Origin: Moniliella sp. 'wahieum'
Lineage: Eukaryota
DNA length: 64,000 bases
Direction of reading: 5' to 3'
Assembly: GCA_003971905.1 (NCBI GenBank)
Contig: RSEE01000024.1
Location: forward strand, 682,001-746,000
The position numbers and the translations under genes were made by a program. The notes beneath the pieces are model-generated. The model was not told the DNA's origin. It made no database searches and saw nothing but the letters and a program-made list of their open reading frames with translations. Shown here piece by piece: positions 58,201 to 64,000 of the stretch (position 1 is the first letter of the stretch; each line of letters begins with the position of its first letter).

Positions 58201-59055
58201 CTGGTGGTAGAGTGGGGGCTGCGGGTGGTGGTGGTGGTCGTTGGGCAGGGGCGATGGTGGAAGCTGGAGCCAAAACGCGTCGCTTGGATCGCGTCTCTTG
58301 CCACCGCCAGCTGCCCCCTCTCGCCCTACACGCGACCCACATCCTGCCCCGGGACCGGATCGACATCCCACTACGCACCATCGCCTCGTCCCCCTCGCGC
58401 TTGGGCGTAGATGAGAGGAACAACAGTCAGGTAGGGTGTGATTCTCACCCATTCCATGCCGACCGGCTGTGTGGGAGGATGGGCGTACGAAGAAAACCGC
58501 AGGGAGCGCGTGAGTGCAGTCCCTCACGTCGCAAGCCAGAGCCAGCCATCCCAAAACATGCCCTTCAAGCAAGGACGAAAGACACAAGGCTTCACCCCGT
58601 CCAGACCACCAGTCTTGGGACGCGCCCGGTTCACCACGCTGGCTGGCTACTTTCGGCCCAGCTTTGGCAGTCGACGACGTGACGGGAACGGGGGTCTGGA
58701 ACGGACCTCACCATTTTCGGGTACCGACACGTTCTCACTGGCGGCCTAATCTCGACCTCTTCCTTACGCCAAACGTCAGAGCAAAAAGAGGCCACCACAC
58801 CAATTTGACCGGACTCACTGCCATACTACTCGGTAGTAGTACCCCAAGAGTGCCTTGGACACATTGGCCAAGCAGCGCACGCAGTTCAGAACGTTGTGCG
58901 GATACATACGTCTTCTCGTCTTGCATTCTTGGTCAGCCAACGCACCGAGAATGCCTAGTCTAACTCCTAGGCTGTGGGTTTGCAACATGATCGGTAGGGA
59001 AACCAAGCAAATGTCACGGGCGGGCGCCGCCAGGGGCCCGCCCTGGGGTGTTTGA
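55252..59055 (+). CDS. Putative F-box-like protein, fragmented (gene with errors or pseudogene)
   Basis: MSFARLPVEVVWQVADTPQLEPCDVV.LASTCKRM resembles an F-box start. It is followed by a chain of overlapping plus-strand ORFs with beta-rich character. The extent is uncertain. Confidence 0.45.
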
Positions 59056-60824
59056 GGGGTACAATCCCTTGGGGTCCTAAGGACGACTCACGGTAGTTAC
59101 GCGCTTGGGCTGGTTGGTGGGTCCGCTGCGGAGCTAGGGACAAGGAGAGGCCACTCGGCGTATAGCAGAGGCGGCTGCAAGTGTGGCAAGGCTGCGTAGC
59201 ACCGGCTTGGGCGGCAGTAGCGTGTCTGAAGCCTTTAGGCTCAGGGAAGGGGAAGGCAGCGGAGGACCCTAGACATAAGTGATTGAAATTAGCAGTGCGC
59301 ATACTTGCCTTGAGAGGGCGGCTGCTTATCGTCAAGTACAGGAGTGCCTGCACTTTTACCGCGTACGCGTCGCTTGCCTGTGGATAAGAGGCATTGCTGC
59401 AGCCCAGTTCCCTTGTTGTGGAAGTATGTACGTTGAAATTTTGGCTGGGGCTGCCTAGCCGGCATCTGCTTTCAGTAACTCCCACCGCAAGAGAGCACAA
59501 GAGAGCACAAAGAGCGTGGGCAACGTACCATCACCACAATTTGGGCTAGTAATCTTCATCGAACCCATGTGCGCACCAAGTGTTGGAGAGATACCGTCCA
59601 TATCGGTTACAGCTGATCGCATTGTTGGGAGCGGCGAGGGCATCGAGCCAAGTTCCTAGGGTATGGGCATGGTGTACGAAACTGCATGCAAACAGTACCA
59701 GGGCCACAAAGCGAACAAAGATGATAGCAGCATTGCCATACATCATGACAGGCAGACGGGTGTACTCGCGGCTGGTGCCAGGAAGATGGGGCCGCACGGG
59801 ATGAAGCACTGAGAGGCGTATCGAACGTTATGCCTCACTGTACCAACCAAAGAAGGGACTTCTACTTTGAGGGGCGCTGCTTCTTGGAAGAGTTGGCATA
59901 AAAGTAGAAGGCCAACAGGCAGCAATCTAACATCACGTATTCCTTTCGTCAGCGTTTGAAGGACAGCGGCCAACACATGCATGACCCTCATTGAATCCCC
60001 ATATCGCACATAGCCCCACACCAATCAAAAACATGTACGGTAAACGGTGCACCTTAGCGGGGCGACAAAGGAAAGAAAGACGACCAGGCGATGTGCTAGC
60101 AACGAGAGCACATTGGTTATCTTGTTGCATATTAGTCGGCAAGGAAAACGTAGTACAGGGGAAAACCTGTGCGATCAAGTGGTGAAGGTGTTTCTTAATG
60201 ACCATGCCACCTCCCTCTTCCTAGACGCTCCCAATGCACCCAAGTTGTAGCGCGATCCTTGTTTTCCCATCTTGTCTGGGTCGAAGCTAGTAGGCTGCAC
60301 ATTGTAATGCGCATCCTGTTTTCATATGCGAAAGTCAGTGATGGGCCAAAGGAGCAAACGTGAGGACTTACTGCAAGTTCTCCATGTATGCAGCTAATAA
60401 ACAAGCTAACGTTTGGTATGCCCTTTTTGGATGTGTACGGGGTGGGGGGGGGGGGCGTGAAAGGAATGCAGGATGGTCTCGATCCTTCGCGCCGGGTTGA
60501 GACCAAGAGTTGAACGTAGCTCCGGGAGGGCGCTCAACAGCCTCCCTGCAAATGAACATCCCTGTGGGCACCCCCCTATCCCGTTTGTTTCGAGAGAGAG
60601 GGGATTGAGCGCCGGTTTCGGCGAATCGAGCCGGTGCTTTACACCCGCGATATCGCGAAAGGCCGCACATTGGTCGTCCAGCCGCAGTCAGCCGGAACAA
60701 CGCACATGCTGAAAGTGCTGGCCAGAACAATGACTTGGCATACGTGGTGGTGGTGGTGGTGGGGCAAAGGAGCAGGCGGCTACAGGCCAGACCAATTGTG
60801 ATGTGTCAACGTTGCAGATGCACG

Positions 60825-61079
60825 TGTTAGAGGGTACTGCTAGGGTTCTCCTGCGCGGCCCTCAATGGATCGGTGACGCTCGCCTAGCCGAGCGGAAGCG
60901 TTCCGCTCGCAGGCCGCGCACGCCCTGCTCGCTCCATCTCCCTTCTCTCTCTCCTTTCTCCTTCCCTTCAGACGTTGCTTGAAGACTTGTGGCTCACCAC
61001 TTTGCCTTCACGCCTTGTCTGAAGGCTGCTTTGCAGCTGATCCATAGGATCGCGAGTGCTCCCAAGTCGCACTCTAGCA
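60825..61079 (+). mobile_element. 5' LTR (TG...CA, 255 bp) of an LTR retroelement, followed by a copia-type PBS
   Basis: Runs TGTTAG...CTAGCA and has a second copy at 40134-40385. GGTTATGTCGCCC follows directly and resembles the GGTTATG(A/G)GCCC half-tRNA-iMet PBS of copia/Ty5. Confidence 0.8.
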
Positions 61080-61083
61080 GGTT

Positions 61084-63261
61084 ATGTCGCCCTTATCTTC
61101 TGCCTCTGCGCATTCTGCGCACCCGGTTTACTCGCCTCGCGACATTGTGGAAGCGTATGTTCGTCGTGGCGAGTTTGACCCCAACTCCCAAGTCGGGATA
61201 GCCCCTGGCACGACAGCGAAGTGGCCGGATTTTCGCATCAAGGGCACGACTTATGCTTGGGCTAAACTGAACGCCGTTCTTTCGGACGTTGACGAGGACG
61301 TCGCTGCCAAGTTCATCCTGGAAGTCATTCCTACCATTCGCCACTGGGGTATGCCGATGAGTGGCATCGCCTCCCCGCTCCCTGGTTCGACAGTGCAGAC
61401 AAGGACTCCTTGGTGGCTAATCTCGTTGCCAACTACAGCAAGGACCATGGCGGCGAAGACGTCTTGCTCACACCGACCGACTTCTATGTTGCCTATGCCT
61501 TTTACACCAGGAACCACTGCTTCTCTAGCATTGATGACTTGCGGTGGCAACTGGACCAGTGTCTCCGTGATGTGCGGCTTGCTTGGAAACTGTACGAGAT
61601 CGATCAGGCTTCCAAACACATTCGCAAGCGTGTCGCTCTGAAGCGTCGTGCCATGCGTGACATGCTCCTCGACCCAGCGGACTGTATCAGAGAGCCCCAA
61701 GGTGTGGTCGTGTCTGGCCCCAAGCATGTGGATTGCCCTCGTGATCGTGCTGGCATACCTCTGGCTGCAGCACCACTCGTTGACGAGCCTTTCCCGGCTC
61801 GTGGTGCCAGCGAGCCAGCGGAACACCTTGCTTCGCCCGCGTGTGAGCCAGTTGCTGTCGCCCATGAGCCTCTGGGCAAGATGCCACGCGTTGGTCCTGA
61901 TTTACTGACGATGCATCCCGCTAGTCCCAAGTCCGGGGCTGAGTTAGCTGCTGTTGGGTACGACCCTGTTGCAGCAATGCCGTCTGTTGGCCCGGACTTA
62001 CTCACAGAACATGGTGCCTGTATTCCGTCGGAAGCACATTCCTCCGAGTCCATGTCACCTGCTGTCGTGGTTCATGACCTTGTGGCTCCGATGGAATCCG
62101 TCGACCCTGATTCACGACCGGCGGATCAAGTCCATACGACGTCGGGGGCGCATTCGCTTCAGGAGGGGTCAGTTGCTGTTGCTGCTCAGGTTTCAGCGGT
62201 TGCGATGGCATCTGTTGGTCCGGATTTACCCCCAGCGGGTGGTGACCATGCGTCACTGGGGGTGCATTCCCCCAGGTCCACGCCAGCTGCTATCGCCGAA
62301 CCGGATCCTGTGGCTGCGATGGCATCTGTCGGCCCGGACTTACCCCCAGCGGGTGGTGACTATGTGTCACGGGAGGTGCATTCCCCCAGGTCCACGCCAG
62401 CTGCTATCGCCAAGCCGGATCCTGTGGCTGCGATGGCATCTGTCGGCCCGGACTTACCCCCAGCGGGTGGTGACTATGCGTCACGGGAGGTGCATTCCCC
62501 CAGGTCCATGTCAGTTGCTATCGTGGCTCAGGATCAGACAACCGATCAGGCGCTTGGTGGCCCGGTACCCGTTGCAGTCCCGTCGCCTCGTAAAGGGGGC
62601 TGATTACGCTCGGTGCCTTTGCACCCGATGAAGGGGAAACAATGGCTGACTTGGCACCCGATCAAGGGGGGCCGGTGGCTGGCCTGGCGCCTGATACAGT
62701 GGGGACGGTGATGGCATGGCACCTGATCAGGCGCTCGGTGGCCTGGTACCTGTTAAAGTTCAGGCGCCTGGCCAAGGGGGGCCGATGGCGCTTGGTGCCT
62801 CTTCACCCGATGAAGAGGAAACGATGGCTGGCCCGGTACCCGATGAAGGGGGGCCGGTGGTTGGCCTAGCGTCTGACAAAGGGGGGCCGGTGGTTGGCTT
62901 GGCACCCTATCAAGGGGGGCCGGTGGTTGGCCTAGCGTCTGACAAAGGGGGGCTGGTGGATGGCATGGCGTCCGACCAGGCGCTTGGTGGCCCGGTTCCC
63001 ATTGACGTCCATCAGGCACCCGACCAAGGGGGCCGATAGCGTGTGGCGCTATTGGCCAGGCGCCCGACAAAGGGGGGCCGACCGCGTGTGGTGCCATTGG
63101 CCAAGCGCCTGACAAAGGGGGGCCGATGGCGTGTGGACGTGTCGGCCTGGTGCCTGACCAAGGGGGACCGATGTCGCGCGCTGCTATTGGCCGAGCGTCC
63201 GATCAAGGGGGGCCGATGGCGTGTGGCGGTGTCGACCTGGCGGCTGGACATGGAGAATTAA
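61084..63261 (+). CDS. Gag-position ORF of the LTR element, with long repetitive C-terminal region and frameshifts
   Basis: The ATG lies inside the PBS. ORFs 61084-61641, 61410-62603 and 62716-63039 chain together. No protease, integrase or RT motif was seen in the window. Confidence 0.55.
61875..62520 (+). repeat. 114-bp (38-aa) tandem array: three near-identical units plus about three diverged upstream units
   Basis: GCGATGGCATCTGT starts at 62202, 62316 and 62430. The unit is AMASVGPDLPPAGGD..VHSPRSTPAAIA.PDPVA. Confidence 0.95.
62640..63230 (+). repeat. Array of 33-bp (DQGGPVVGLAP-like) and then 42-45-bp related units
   Basis: Recurring GA(C/T)(C/A)AAGGGGG(G)CCG core. Confidence 0.85.
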
Positions 63262-63728
63262 CGGTCGCCGAGCTTGCGGACAAGCTTTGCACGGTCGGCC
63301 TAGCACCATACGCAGGGAAGGCGATTGCCGCTGTGTCAGAGCTTGCGGCCATCGACGGGATGCGGGAAAAAGGGGGGCTGCCCCCGTCCTTCCGCACATG
63401 CATTTACGCGCCCGGACCACCTTGCCTTACTGTTCCCTCCCACCCACCCTTTTCAGCGATACTCACCATGTGTTGGCAGGCCTGCCTGTTCCAAATTAAG
63501 CACGGGCACGGCACCGACCCTCAGGCACACATTGTCATGTCGGGAGAGAATATTGATACTGACCTGAGGTCTCTTGGCCGGGGCCCAACACCGACGCAAG
63601 CCACCCTAGCTGCCCTTCTTACTTGGTTAGCTAGGGAGGTAATGTGCGGACTCGTTGGTCCTCTTGTGTGCTCTGCTTTAACGTCCCGCTCTCCCATTGC
63701 ACCCAACATGATGGGCGGTTCTGACGGC

Positions 63729-64000
63729 TTCCTATCTGACCCGGGCGGGTGGTATTTTGATCGTTCCAAGACCACAGGCACCGTTTACGATTTGGGCTAC
63801 ACGGGCGGCTGTGGCAGTTTCTTACCTGACTCGGACCAGTGGTACTTTGACCGATCGACGATCGGGGGCACCGTTTATGTTTTGGGCTACACGGGCAGCG
63901 GTGGCACTTTCCTATCTGACCTGGGCGGGGGGTACTTTGGCCGTCCCAAGACCAGTGCTGCTGTTGACAGTTTGGGCCACACTGACAGCGGTGGCAGTTT
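63729..64000 (+). repeat. 90-bp (30-aa) tandem array, three units, running off the window end
   Basis: TTC(C/T)TA(T/C)CTGAC at 63729, 63819 and 63909. The frame is open from the ATG at 63642. Confidence 0.9.

Noticed and set aside
40134..61079. Giant DNA transposon with 255-bp terminal inverted repeats
   Set aside because: There is no target-site duplication and no transposase. The right copy has TG..CA ends followed by a PBS and ORF, which fits an LTR.
61875..64000. CRISPR-like arrays
   Set aside because: The units are contiguous coding tandem repeats without unique spacers, there are no cas genes, and the context is eukaryotic.

Overview
Eukaryotic fungal DNA, most likely a basidiomycete (inferred from the GATA factor, LCB2 and aldehyde-reductase sequence types). 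Positions 1-38 kb are GC-rich, intron-poor gene islands: an RRM protein (partial), a HAL/Hrk1-type kinase, a TVP38/TMEM41 protein, RPL2, LCB2, a PCI protein, a two-finger GATA factor, an FHA tail-anchored protein, RPL38, cytosolic HSP70, a hidden 41-aa zinc-ribbon ORF and an Nrg1-like C2H2 factor. Positions 38-64 kb are richer in mobile DNA: a solo LTR, a decayed CRE/Cnl1-type non-LTR retrotransposon, a gag-like relic and an LTR element with repeat-protein cargo. This half also holds an aldehyde reductase, an ISC1-like phospholipase and an F-box-like gene. Many conserved genes carry small indels that look like long-read consensus errors, so most CDS bounds are reconstructions. The most unusual signal is a window-wide set of intergenic 7-bp tandem arrays. 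Each is built from an A..T hexamer palindrome plus one spacer base, with 13 different hexamers seen. No CRISPR array, rRNA or intact tRNA was seen. All family assignments come from motif recognition by eye, not from database searches.
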